DNA of 64,000 nt from Gemmatimonadaceae bacterium (lineage in GTDB: Bacteria; Gemmatimonadota; Gemmatimonadetes; Gemmatimonadales; Gemmatimonadaceae), in contig JBJMOW010000005.1 of the NCBI GenBank assembly GCA_045803545.1, positions 1,280,001 through 1,344,000 of the forward strand, given 5' to 3'. Below the pieces are notes generated by a model. The model was given only the letters and a program-made list of their open reading frames with translations, was not told the DNA's origin and searched no databases. Both the position numbers and the translations under genes were made by a program. Shown in pieces: positions 19,734 to 28,029 of the stretch. Numbering within the stretch: position 1 is the first letter of the stretch; each line of letters begins with the position of its first letter.

Positions 19734-20519
19734 CTAGATGTGAAGCCCCATTAATTCCTCGAGCTTTTCAAACCTGCTGCGGGAAACCTTGAGCCTCTGT
19801 CCGCCCTTCAGCACCACCGCGTAATCCCCACCGGGATTGCGGATCAAGGTCTCGACGAGATCGAGTCGCACTATTGCGGAGCGATGGATGCGGAAGAATT
19901 TCCCGGGATCGAGGCGGTCCTCGAGCGTCTGCATCCGCTCCCGTATCAGGTAGCGCTTGTCGGCGACAAACAGCTCCGCGTACGGTCCGCTGGCGATCAT
20001 ATAGTCGATCTGCTTGACCGGCACCACACGCACCTGGCCTTTCATCTCTACCGCGATGCGCTCGAGGTACTGGGTCTTCGGCGCCGCTTTAGCTTCGGAG
20101 CCTCCGAGTAGGCTGCGCAATTCGTCGGAAAGCTTCGAGACCTGATTGAGCTCGATCATCTTCCGCGCTCGACGAAATGCCTTCTCGAATCGCTCGTCAT
20201 CGAAGGGCTTGACCAGGTAATCGAGCGCGGCAAGATCGAATGCGACGACAGCGTAGTCGTACGCCGTCGTGAAGATCACCGGTGGCATATCGTCGACGCC
20301 GATCTCACGCACGACGTCGAGTCCGGTTTTGCCAGGCATTTGGATGTCGAGGAAAACGAGATCGGGTTTCAGCTCACGGATCGCTTCGACCGCAGTCAGG
20401 CCATTGTCGGCGGTGCCAACGATCTCGACACCATTCTCGTGGGCGAGCAAATCCTCCAGTCGCTGGCGACTGAGCTTTTCGTCTTCGGCGATCAGTACAC
20501 GCAGTGGCTTGGCGCTCAC
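19734..20519 (-). CDS. LytTR-family DNA-binding response regulator
   Basis: REC domain (AEDE, FLDIQMP, TTAYD, DYLVKPF) plus LytTR domain (FFRIHRSAIV, LKVSR). Confidence 0.95.
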   Translation of the reverse strand: MSAKPLRVLIAEDEKLSRQRLEDLLAHENGVEIVGTADNGLTAVEAIRELKPDLVFLDIQMPGKTGLDVVREIGVDDMPPVIFTTAYDYAVVAFDLAALDYLVKPFDDERFEKAFRRARKMIELNQVSKLSDELRSLLGGSEAKAAPKTQYLERIAVEMKGQVRVVPVKQIDYMIASGPYAELFVADKRYLIRERMQTLEDRLDPGKFFRIHRSAIVRLDLVETLIRNPGGDYAVVLKGGQRLKVSRSRFEKLEELMGLHI

Positions 20520-21757
20520 TGACTGGCCTGAGATTTAGTCACCAGCACCGTGCGGAGCTCCGCGGAAGTGCGATACGGAACCGCGATTCTCGCGATGGTA
20601 CCGCCGCCGGCCGCTTCCGTGAGAGCGAGGCTCTGCTCACTACCATACATCTGCTCCAGACGTTGCCGAGTGTTGGCGAGTCCGACTCCCGCGTCATCGA
20701 GTCGAGCGATTTTCGCAGGGCCGGGACCGTTGTCGGTGACAGTGAGCACGAGTCGTTCCCCTTCGACTCGAGCACGAATCCCGATTTTGCCCGCTGCCGC
20801 GATTTTGTCAACGCCGTGCTTGACCGCGTTCTCCACTAGCGGCTGCAGTATCAAACTGGGCACCATTGCATTGCGCGCGTCATCCTCGATCTGCATGTCG
20901 ATCTCCAGCTTGCCCTGAAACCTGACCTGCATGATCTCGAGGTAGCGCTCGAGGAAAGAGATTTCCTGCGATAGCGGCACTTCGTGATCGGTACCGCCTT
21001 CGAGGGTATACCGCAGCAGCTCGCTGAGGCGGGCGATCATGCGGCGTACCCCACGCGGATCGCGCTCGACCAGTGACGACACCGCGTTCAACGTGTTGAA
21101 CAGAAAGTGCGGATTCAGCTGCGCGTTGAGAGCCGACAACTTCGCTTCGGCGAGCTGCGTTTGGAGTTGAGCCGTTTCGGCCGCCATCTGCGCGGCGGCT
21201 TTCTCGTGGGCGCGGAATCGACGCGAATATTCGCGCGCGAAACCGGCGGCCAGGATGCCGCAGAATATCAGGAAGTGATTGAGGATCATCGGGCCGTGGA
21301 AGAAATTCAGCGGCGAGCCACCCCCGAGTCCGCGCCGAACCCCGCCTCCACGTTCTCCACCGCCGCCAAAACGCCCGACACCACCCGGCGCTCCTCTGCC
21401 GCGATCCGAACCCTGGAGGGTCTGTATCAGCGATGAGTTGATCAGGTCGACAAAGAAGGCAATGACAAGTCCGATTGCGATGAGCGCCAGGATCCTTGTC
21501 CATGGTGGCGACTCGATAACGTTGAACCGGCTGACAAGCCAGAAGAGTGGCGGTGTCAGCAGCGCCCACAGATACATCTGCTGGAATGCCAGGGCGATCG
21601 GCACCGCGGTTGGTACCGCGGTGAAGCCTTCGCGCTGATCGGCGAGTCGATTGGCGGCGGTTAATATCGCCAACAGAGTCCAGAACGCGAAGATCCCGAA
21701 AATCTCTACGCCACTAAGTCGGAACCGTTTCTCTGCGGCTGGGGATGCTTCGCTCAT
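20516..21757 (-). CDS. LytS/YehU-type sensor histidine kinase
   Basis: Four TM segments, LNAQLNPHFLFNTLN, LQPLVENAVKHG, DNGPG, GVGLAN. Confidence 0.95.
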   Translation of the reverse strand: MSEASPAAEKRFRLSGVEIFGIFAFWTLLAILTAANRLADQREGFTAVPTAVPIALAFQQMYLWALLTPPLFWLVSRFNVIESPPWTRILALIAIGLVIAFFVDLINSSLIQTLQGSDRGRGAPGGVGRFGGGGERGGGVRRGLGGGSPLNFFHGPMILNHFLIFCGILAAGFAREYSRRFRAHEKAAAQMAAETAQLQTQLAEAKLSALNAQLNPHFLFNTLNAVSSLVERDPRGVRRMIARLSELLRYTLEGGTDHEVPLSQEISFLERYLEIMQVRFQGKLEIDMQIEDDARNAMVPSLILQPLVENAVKHGVDKIAAAGKIGIRARVEGERLVLTVTDNGPGPAKIARLDDAGVGLANTRQRLEQMYGSEQSLALTEAAGGGTIARIAVPYRTSAELRTVLVTKSQASQ

Positions 21758-21803
21758 GACCCATGATACCCCGTCCCGGAGGGCGTGGGCAAATCAAACA
21801 GCG

Positions 21804-21835
21804 TGAAGTGCACCCAGGCGTATCTCAGTCGCACT
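21804..21835. promoter_or_regulatory. Putative LytTR-type operator upstream of the kinase gene
   Basis: TGAAGTGCAC-cca-GGCGT-atctca-GTCGCACT; the two GCAC cores are 21 bp apart. Confidence 0.55.
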
Positions 21836-21998
21836 GTCGAGAAACATTTGGGCGGTGAAACTCGCTTGTGACGTCTACGTGCAGACTATGACTGCGCGGT
21901 GTAGTTCGTGACAACGAAGGCGAGTGAACAACAACGGTGTGTGTCAGAAGCAAGTAGAGAGATCAGAAAGCATTCTAACACACAACCGGTTCACTAAA

Positions 21999-22334
21999 AT
22001 GTCACTCGCCTTCAAGACCACCGACGCTCCTTCGCACCAGCCGCCCAGACTCTCCACGCTCGAAGCGACGCTGCGCGGCTATTTCGTCGCCGCATTCACC
22101 GGCGCCGACAAGCCCGATTGGGCGTTCCGCGCAGCTGTCTGGAACGTGACTGACGACCTCAAGATGATCGGCGACAAACCGGAGGACGTTATCAAGCGGA
22201 TCAAGTACATCGCCGCCATCCCCGTCGCGTTTCACTACCGAGTCGGCTACCGCGAGAGTCAGTCGAGGCTGACTCACACTGTATCGAAGGCGACTGCGAT
22301 CGCGATCGACCGATACTTCGCGGCCAACGTCTAG
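21999..22334 (+). CDS. Small helical hypothetical protein (paralog of 5196)
   Basis: FRAAV...DDLKMIGDKPEDVIKRIK...AIDRYF. Confidence 0.65.
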   Translation: MSLAFKTTDAPSHQPPRLSTLEATLRGYFVAAFTGADKPDWAFRAAVWNVTDDLKMIGDKPEDVIKRIKYIAAIPVAFHYRVGYRESQSRLTHTVSKATAIAIDRYFAANV

Positions 22335-23173
22335 TTGCCGTTGAGAGCAGCCGCGACGTCGCTCAGGGTCCGGAATCCACGCTGCTGCTCGCGAGTGAAC
22401 TCTATCCGAAACTCCTCCTCGACGGCCATCATCAGCACGACCAGATCGAGAGAGTCGATACCCATCTCGAGGAGCGAGGCGTCAAAGCGGATTTCGGATT
22501 CGTCGCGACTGAGCGAGTCTGCGGCGAGGCGACGCAGGCGTTGCTCGACTGAATCGGGTGCGACGCGATGCGGACCGACCACCTGCTCGAAACAATGGGC
22601 GTACTGCTTGAGTCCGTTGTACACCTCTTCGTCGACGCGCTTGAAACGATCCATCATCTCGTCGACGACAGCCTGACCATTCGCCGCGGCGTAGGCGTCG
22701 AGCCGGTCTTTCACCCAGCGAATGTGTCCGGTTTCCTCCTCGATCAACTGCTGAAGCGTGCGCTTGACCTCGGGATGGGTGCCTGGCCAGGACAGATGCG
22801 CGCGGAAATGTCGAACTACTCGCCGCTCGAACACCTGCGTCAGCGCCAACACCTCGAGCAGGTTCGTGGGATTACCGACTGCCGCGTGATATCGCGCTTG
22901 ATATGTCTCTCTTACCTTCTTTGGAGTGCCACCGACTCTCTGAATGCACTGGGTCCAGGCCCACGCGTGCCCCGCCTCTTCCGCGCAGTGCTCGGTGAGC
23001 CGCACACGCAAATCGTCGTCATCGGTCTCACGCGCGAGCCGTCCCATCAGCAGTCCGCCGGCAAGCTCGGACTCGCGATAGTAGCTGAGTAGCCACAGCT
23101 CGTTCTCACTGATCTCCAGCTTGCCCGGCGTCGGTGGCTCGTATGAATGTGCGACAGCAATTGAGCTAGCCAT
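22331..23173 (-). CDS. Ferritin-like diiron-carboxylate domain fused to a C-terminal acyl carrier protein
   Basis: YYRESE / EEAGH / QVFE / EETGH ligand pattern; ACP motif MGIDSLDLVVLMMAVEEEFRIEF. Confidence 0.85.
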   Translation of the reverse strand: MASSIAVAHSYEPPTPGKLEISENELWLLSYYRESELAGGLLMGRLARETDDDDLRVRLTEHCAEEAGHAWAWTQCIQRVGGTPKKVRETYQARYHAAVGNPTNLLEVLALTQVFERRVVRHFRAHLSWPGTHPEVKRTLQQLIEEETGHIRWVKDRLDAYAAANGQAVVDEMMDRFKRVDEEVYNGLKQYAHCFEQVVGPHRVAPDSVEQRLRRLAADSLSRDESEIRFDASLLEMGIDSLDLVVLMMAVEEEFRIEFTREQQRGFRTLSDVAAALNGN

Positions 23174-23891
23174 TGCTCATCTCCTCCATCAAATGCTCCG
23201 TCGGCGAAAGGCCGCAGAGCTGTCGGATCTTCCGGTTCATCGCCATGATGGCGTCGAAATCATTTTCCTCGGCGTGCGGAATTTCGACAACGTCGCTGCC
23301 GTAATGCCGAAAGTTTTCAGCGGCGCTGATGATCTCCGGCACAATCGATCGATCAGCGTCTATTCGCTTCCTGAGCAATGCACCAGCGCCGGCGCTGTGA
23401 CGAAGCTCGTCCCTGCTCATGTAGTCCATCAATTCGGCAAGCACCGGCTCGCGCGTTTGCGCAGCAATCCGCCTGAAGAAATGCGCGGCGAACAGCTCGG
23501 AGCACATGAAGTGGGTCAGGTACGTTACCGCCGAATCGCGATCGTACTGGATCGAGCTGGTGCGACCGCGCGCCTCGACAAGGTCGCGCACACTCGACTT
23601 GCTGCTCTGATCTCCAACGGTATCCAGATATCGCCGCAGCGCGGTGTAGTGCTTGAGCCCCTCGTAAAGCTCCAGACTTAGAATCGCGGTGGCGTCGACG
23701 TCGTCCCACAACATGAGCATCAGGCGCGGTGCAAACGTCGGCAGATAGCCCTCGATAATCGCCGCATCGCGCAGACCGGCGTGAATCTCGGCTTCGTCGC
23801 GGGCGATCCGGTGGTCGATCGCTCCCCAGCGGATGCTGTCGATCGACCATGCCGACGATTCGGCAGCACGCAGATGCTCCTCGTAGATCAA
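23166..23891 (-). CDS. Ferritin-like diiron protein (acyl-ACP desaturase/AurF-like fold)
   Basis: IIEG / EGLKH / CSE / DELRH pattern with N-terminal W...I.W. TTG start at 23891 inferred from overlap with the upstream TGA. Confidence 0.8.
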   Translation of the reverse strand: MIYEEHLRAAESSAWSIDSIRWGAIDHRIARDEAEIHAGLRDAAIIEGYLPTFAPRLMLMLWDDVDATAILSLELYEGLKHYTALRRYLDTVGDQSSKSSVRDLVEARGRTSSIQYDRDSAVTYLTHFMCSELFAAHFFRRIAAQTREPVLAELMDYMSRDELRHSAGAGALLRKRIDADRSIVPEIISAAENFRHYGSDVVEIPHAEENDFDAIMAMNRKIRQLCGLSPTEHLMEEMSNG

Positions 23892-24754
23892 TGTCCCCTC
23901 TCTGCAACGGCGAGCGTCTGCAAGCCAACGGTGTCGTTCGTCGTCCGCACACTGGTGAAACCAGCAGAGGTCAGAAGCGCTCTCAGCTGTTGAGTTGAGC
24001 GATAGTGCGTATGAAGCTCGGCGAGCTCTCGCGCGAGATAGTCGGAAACCCGATCGCGGTTCATCGCCGAGGTTATGAAACGGCCGCCAGGCCGCAGCGC
24101 GCACAACGCGCGGCGATAGAAATCGTACAGGATCCCGTCCGCGAGAAATTCTCCGAAGCCGAGTGACACGATGACGTCAACACCGGTTGGGATAGTGCCA
24201 GGTTTCAGCGCATCGCCACAGCTGAACTCGAAGGACTGATGTCCGTCGATGAGCTTGCGCGACAACGCCAACGGCTCCGGATCGATGTCGATACCCATGA
24301 ACGTCGTGCGCTCATAGCGACCGGGATCGCTGCGCCGCAGCGTCTCCGCGACGTCGAACAGATCGCGCGCGATGCCGCACGGAATCGAAACGACGGTGAG
24401 CTCCCGATCATCGTCAATCGCCTCGATCGCACGCATGATCTCCAGGCGGGAATGGAGGAAGCGACTACGCATCGAGCGCGAGCCTTTGAGCTTGAGCAGC
24501 AAGCGATCGAGCATCCGGCCAACGCCAAAGCGTCCGCTGGGCTCATTTCTGTAGATGTGATCAGCGAAGCGGAAGCTACCCGAGTTTCTGATTCCCTCTC
24601 GCGCGAGATCACTGGTCGTCAGCAAGGCGTAGACGGGGAGCAGGTGATACTTCCCCTCCGAGACCAATCGGCGTGGAATCGAGGCCGACCGGCGCGTGCG
24701 ATTGGGCAGCGCCGCGATTGGCGTCGCAGTCAGTTCATGCTGTGGCCGAGACAT
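23888..24754 (-). CDS. Class I SAM-dependent methyltransferase (resembles the YnbC C-terminal/Methyltransf_20 type)
   Basis: SGS...DHIYRNEPSG...GRMLDR, SIPCG.ARD, GIDID, GDAL, LRPGGRF. Confidence 0.85.
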   Translation of the reverse strand: MSRPQHELTATPIAALPNRTRRSASIPRRLVSEGKYHLLPVYALLTTSDLAREGIRNSGSFRFADHIYRNEPSGRFGVGRMLDRLLLKLKGSRSMRSRFLHSRLEIMRAIEAIDDDRELTVVSIPCGIARDLFDVAETLRRSDPGRYERTTFMGIDIDPEPLALSRKLIDGHQSFEFSCGDALKPGTIPTGVDVIVSLGFGEFLADGILYDFYRRALCALRPGGRFITSAMNRDRVSDYLARELAELHTHYRSTQQLRALLTSAGFTSVRTTNDTVGLQTLAVAERGH

Positions 24755-25865
24755 CGTTCCTCACTGTCGAAGGCCAATTCCGTTCATCGGCACCGTGTTG
24801 ATTCACGATAGCGATCACCCAGCGCTCCCAGCCGAACGCAACGCAGCCGGTGTTGGCAGGCTGGCCGGAGTCGAGCTTGATGCGGAATGCCTTGCCGAAG
24901 TGATCGTGATGGTTGTTGAACGATGCGGCGGCGATCGTGCGCCCGTCGTCGCTGGCGCGCAGCCTCAGCTCGTATTTGAGCGGCAGTATCTGCTGCATCA
25001 ACATTCTTCCGCGCGACTCGGCGGTGAAAAACGGATCGTTTGCAATCTCGATAGCGCCATCGAGTCCCAGCTCTTTCGTCCAGGCGTGGACGCGCATCAT
25101 CAACTCGCCTCGCACCATTTCAACTGTTTGTGGTGTTCCCACGGTGATTATCTCCCGCATCGTGAACTCACGCAGTCTCTCAACCGCAGTGGGTGATTGC
25201 TCCTCGAACTCGTTCCGGAAGCACCGGCCGAGCGCAGTCACCATGGAGCCAGATGCAGTAACCGTGCAGTCAGAGAGAGTTGGATAGTGGTGGTAGCAAA
25301 CAGCGGGGGGTCTAGCGTTCTCACCATTGCGAACGAGTTTCTCGGGAAATGCCGATAGAAACCCCGCGCGATCGAGGGATGACAGCGAGATGTCGTCCGG
25401 GAAGGCGAGTCGGGTAGCGCCGAGGTGATCGGCCCAGTCGCAAACAGTGGCATCGAGCCAATCACGCAGTTCGGCGACTGCTCCGTGCAACACCAGGGCC
25501 CCCTGACCAGTCAGCTCGAGATCACCCTTTGCGATCAGCCTCCCGACCGGGGAGCCGGACGTCTCCGTGCGAAGAGTGCCGCGCCGGCGAGTGGTCGACC
25601 TTCTGGTGATCGACTCGACACCAGTGAAAACCCGGGCGATCGTCTCGATCGACCTGAAATTGGCGAGAACGATCTGCGAATCGGGAATCTTGCGGTCGAG
25701 GGTGGATTGCAGGAACGCGATCAGCTCGAGGATCTTGAGCGAGTCGATGACCTGGTCCTCGAACAGTCGCGTTTCAGCGGTGATCGAAGGCGCGATCTGA
25801 CCATCCGCCAGCTGTTCGCGGACGAAGCATAAAAGGCGCTGCTCGAGCTCGTGGGCGGTCAACAT
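24735..25865 (-). CDS. ACP fused to a SerRS-like amino acid:[carrier protein] ligase (class II aaRS catalytic core)
   Basis: ACP VIDSLKILELIAFL; PPAVCYHHY, motif 2 CFRNE...RLREFTMRE, SFNNH.DHFG, motif 3 TGCVAFGWERW; no tRNA-binding arm. ATG 25865 overlaps the upstream stop. Confidence 0.88.
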   Translation of the reverse strand: MLTAHELEQRLLCFVREQLADGQIAPSITAETRLFEDQVIDSLKILELIAFLQSTLDRKIPDSQIVLANFRSIETIARVFTGVESITRRSTTRRRGTLRTETSGSPVGRLIAKGDLELTGQGALVLHGAVAELRDWLDATVCDWADHLGATRLAFPDDISLSSLDRAGFLSAFPEKLVRNGENARPPAVCYHHYPTLSDCTVTASGSMVTALGRCFRNEFEEQSPTAVERLREFTMREIITVGTPQTVEMVRGELMMRVHAWTKELGLDGAIEIANDPFFTAESRGRMLMQQILPLKYELRLRASDDGRTIAAASFNNHHDHFGKAFRIKLDSGQPANTGCVAFGWERWVIAIVNQHGADERNWPSTVRNDVSATA

Positions 25866-26980
25866 TGACGTGTCCCCCAGTTGCTCTCGAGGCAGTACTT
25901 CACGACTCGCGGATAGAAATCGAGCGACGGCTGCGGCGCGATGCCGTTGCCCGCCAGGGTGGCCGTTGCCCGATCGGTCTCGAAAACCTTGGGATGCGCG
26001 AGCTGATACGCGAACGTACGAATCGATCTCGTTGCTTCGCGCAGCACTGGATTCCCTGTTTCCTCGACGGATTTGACGAACAACTCGTACGTATCGAGAT
26101 CGACGATCAACGGTTTCTCGACTGCTCGCTTGCGCCACTGGGGCCGGTACGTCGCGATCGCGCTCATCGTCTCGTCGATGATTTCGCCGAGCGTATTGCT
26201 CGATTCGCGGCCCGCCGCGAGGTGGAAGACCCCGGGACGCGCTGCGTGCTCCGCCAGGTGCAGCACAGCCTCGGCGACGAAGTCAGAGCTGACGATGTCG
26301 ACCGGCTCGTTCGGATCGCCGGGAATCATCGGCGCCAGACCGCCATAGAGGAGCCTGACCGCGTGGTGGATGGTATTGAAGTGCGTCACTCTACCGGTAC
26401 CGGAATCTCCGATGACTGTGCTCAACCGCACCAGAATCAGCGGAAGCTCCGACATCGAGGCGCTGATCATGTCCTCCATCTCGGCTTTCGATTCCTCATA
26501 CGAGTTGACGAAGCCGAGTCCTGCGTCGCCGAAATCGGACTCGGCGAAATCGCCACACCGCTTGCCGCTGACATAGACGGTGCTCAGGAACGCGCCGCAC
26601 TCGAGCGCTGGACAGTGCCGCGCGAAATCGAGAACGTTGCGACTGCCGTCGACATTAGCCCTGCGCGCAGCAGTGATCGGAAGTGTGAATGACGTCGAGC
26701 CAGCGGAGTGAATGATGTGGGTCGTGTCGCGTTGCAGATGAACCAGAGCATCAGCGCGAACGCCAAGGTCGGGCCCGGCGCCGATGTCGCCTTCGACGAC
26801 ATCAACGGTCGCGCTGATGTCTGCATAAGCGAGCAATGAGCGCACGCGCTCGATAGGATCACTGTCGCTGCGGCGGACGAGGACTTTTACGGCGAGACCT
26901 TCCCGTGCCGCGAGTCGACGCAGCAGGTCGCTGCCAATCGCGCCCGTTGCACCGGTGAGCAGAATTGACGCGCGTCGCAT
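25859..26980 (-). CDS. Thioester reductase / fatty acyl reductase-type extended SDR
   Basis: LLTGATGAIG, IIHSAG, NVDG, STVYVSG, YEESK, RLSTVIGDS. Confidence 0.88.
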   Translation of the reverse strand: MRRASILLTGATGAIGSDLLRRLAAREGLAVKVLVRRSDSDPIERVRSLLAYADISATVDVVEGDIGAGPDLGVRADALVHLQRDTTHIIHSAGSTSFTLPITAARRANVDGSRNVLDFARHCPALECGAFLSTVYVSGKRCGDFAESDFGDAGLGFVNSYEESKAEMEDMISASMSELPLILVRLSTVIGDSGTGRVTHFNTIHHAVRLLYGGLAPMIPGDPNEPVDIVSSDFVAEAVLHLAEHAARPGVFHLAAGRESSNTLGEIIDETMSAIATYRPQWRKRAVEKPLIVDLDTYELFVKSVEETGNPVLREATRSIRTFAYQLAHPKVFETDRATATLAGNGIAPQPSLDFYPRVVKYCLESNWGTRQC

Positions 26981-27966
26981 CAGTGCTGCACCACCATGCT
27001 CGCCCAGTTCGATCCGTACCCGAACGTGAACAGCAGCATGTAGTCGCCTTTCTTCACCAGCCCGGCGTCGGTTGCGTGCCGCAGGTTGAGCAGGTTGTCC
27101 GACGCGATGGTGTGGCCGACTTTGGAGATGTTAGCGGTGTAAATCCGGTCAGCGGGGCATTTGATCAGCCGGCCCAGTATCTCCCAGCTGCGCAGCGACA
27201 CGTTGTGTGGAATGACTGCTGCGATGTCGTCGATGGTCAGGCCCGCATTCTTCAGCGTGCGCTCGATCAGCGCCGCCGCAGTCGGGAAATACGCGGCAAT
27301 AATCTCGTTCTCTATGGTGTCGCTATCCCACAGCGCGCCTTTCGTCACATGACCGCACTCGACGATTCTGTTTCGCTGGGCGCCGCGTCGCACCAGTGCG
27401 GCGCACGCACCGTCCGAGACGAGATTGTAGGCAAGGTCCCGCGGCTGGTCAGGCGGGAACTTGTCGGCGCTGACGCAGAGGATCGCGTTGAGATTGTCTT
27501 CGGTCGAGATCAATGCGCGAGCCATGCGTAGCGCGGCAAATATCGATGCACAGCCGACCTGGTTGACGCCAACGACCGCGGCGTTCGGAAGATCGAGACG
27601 GGTCTGCAGCACCGACCCCGGGTATTTGAAAAGGTCATGGACGTTGCCGAGGTCGAGTACCGATCCCGGACGGGAGACGCCGTTGCCGTTCCAAAGCGTA
27701 GAGCTGGAGTTGAGCGCGGCGGCGTAGAGAATCATGCCGATGTCGTCGCGATCCACATCGCTTTCTGCGAGCAGTTTCTCGGCGGCGGCGACGGCCATGT
27801 CGAGATTCGACTCCTCACCCGCCAGATGGACGGTCTCGAATCCGAACGAGCGCAGCGTCAGTCCCGATCGATTAAGGAGCCCGCGCGCACCGAGCTCCGC
27901 GACCGTAGCAACGCCCGGCGGCAGGTACTCAGCGATCGATTCGATTCCGATTTGGCGCTTGCTCAT
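26980..27966 (-). CDS. KAS III (FabH)-like ketosynthase/acyltransferase, non-canonical
   Basis: VGCAS catalytic Cys, SDGACA, PHNVS, GHTIASD (FabH Asn position is His), FGYG..W. Confidence 0.88.
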   Translation of the reverse strand: MSKRQIGIESIAEYLPPGVATVAELGARGLLNRSGLTLRSFGFETVHLAGEESNLDMAVAAAEKLLAESDVDRDDIGMILYAAALNSSSTLWNGNGVSRPGSVLDLGNVHDLFKYPGSVLQTRLDLPNAAVVGVNQVGCASIFAALRMARALISTEDNLNAILCVSADKFPPDQPRDLAYNLVSDGACAALVRRGAQRNRIVECGHVTKGALWDSDTIENEIIAAYFPTAAALIERTLKNAGLTIDDIAAVIPHNVSLRSWEILGRLIKCPADRIYTANISKVGHTIASDNLLNLRHATDAGLVKKGDYMLLFTFGYGSNWASMVVQH

Positions 27967-27972
27967 GGCGAG

Positions 27973-27978
27973 ATTCTA
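27973..27978 (-). promoter_or_regulatory. Putative -10 box of a leaderless promoter for the biosynthetic operon
   Basis: TAGAAT 6 nt upstream of ATG 27966, with no SD sequence. Confidence 0.55.
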
Positions 27979-28029
27979 CCCTGCGCTTCAGTACGGCGGG
28001 ATACGTACAGTGACGTAGCTGGGATGCAG

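Noticed and set aside
23892..24104. N-terminal extension of the ferritin-like ORF, and likewise 25866-26138 for the ACP-ligase
   Set aside because: These lie inside upstream genes; coupled starts at 23891 and 25865 fit better.
24735..25865. Housekeeping seryl-tRNA synthetase (serS)
   Set aside because: It lacks the tRNA-binding domain, carries an ACP instead, and sits in a biosynthetic operon.
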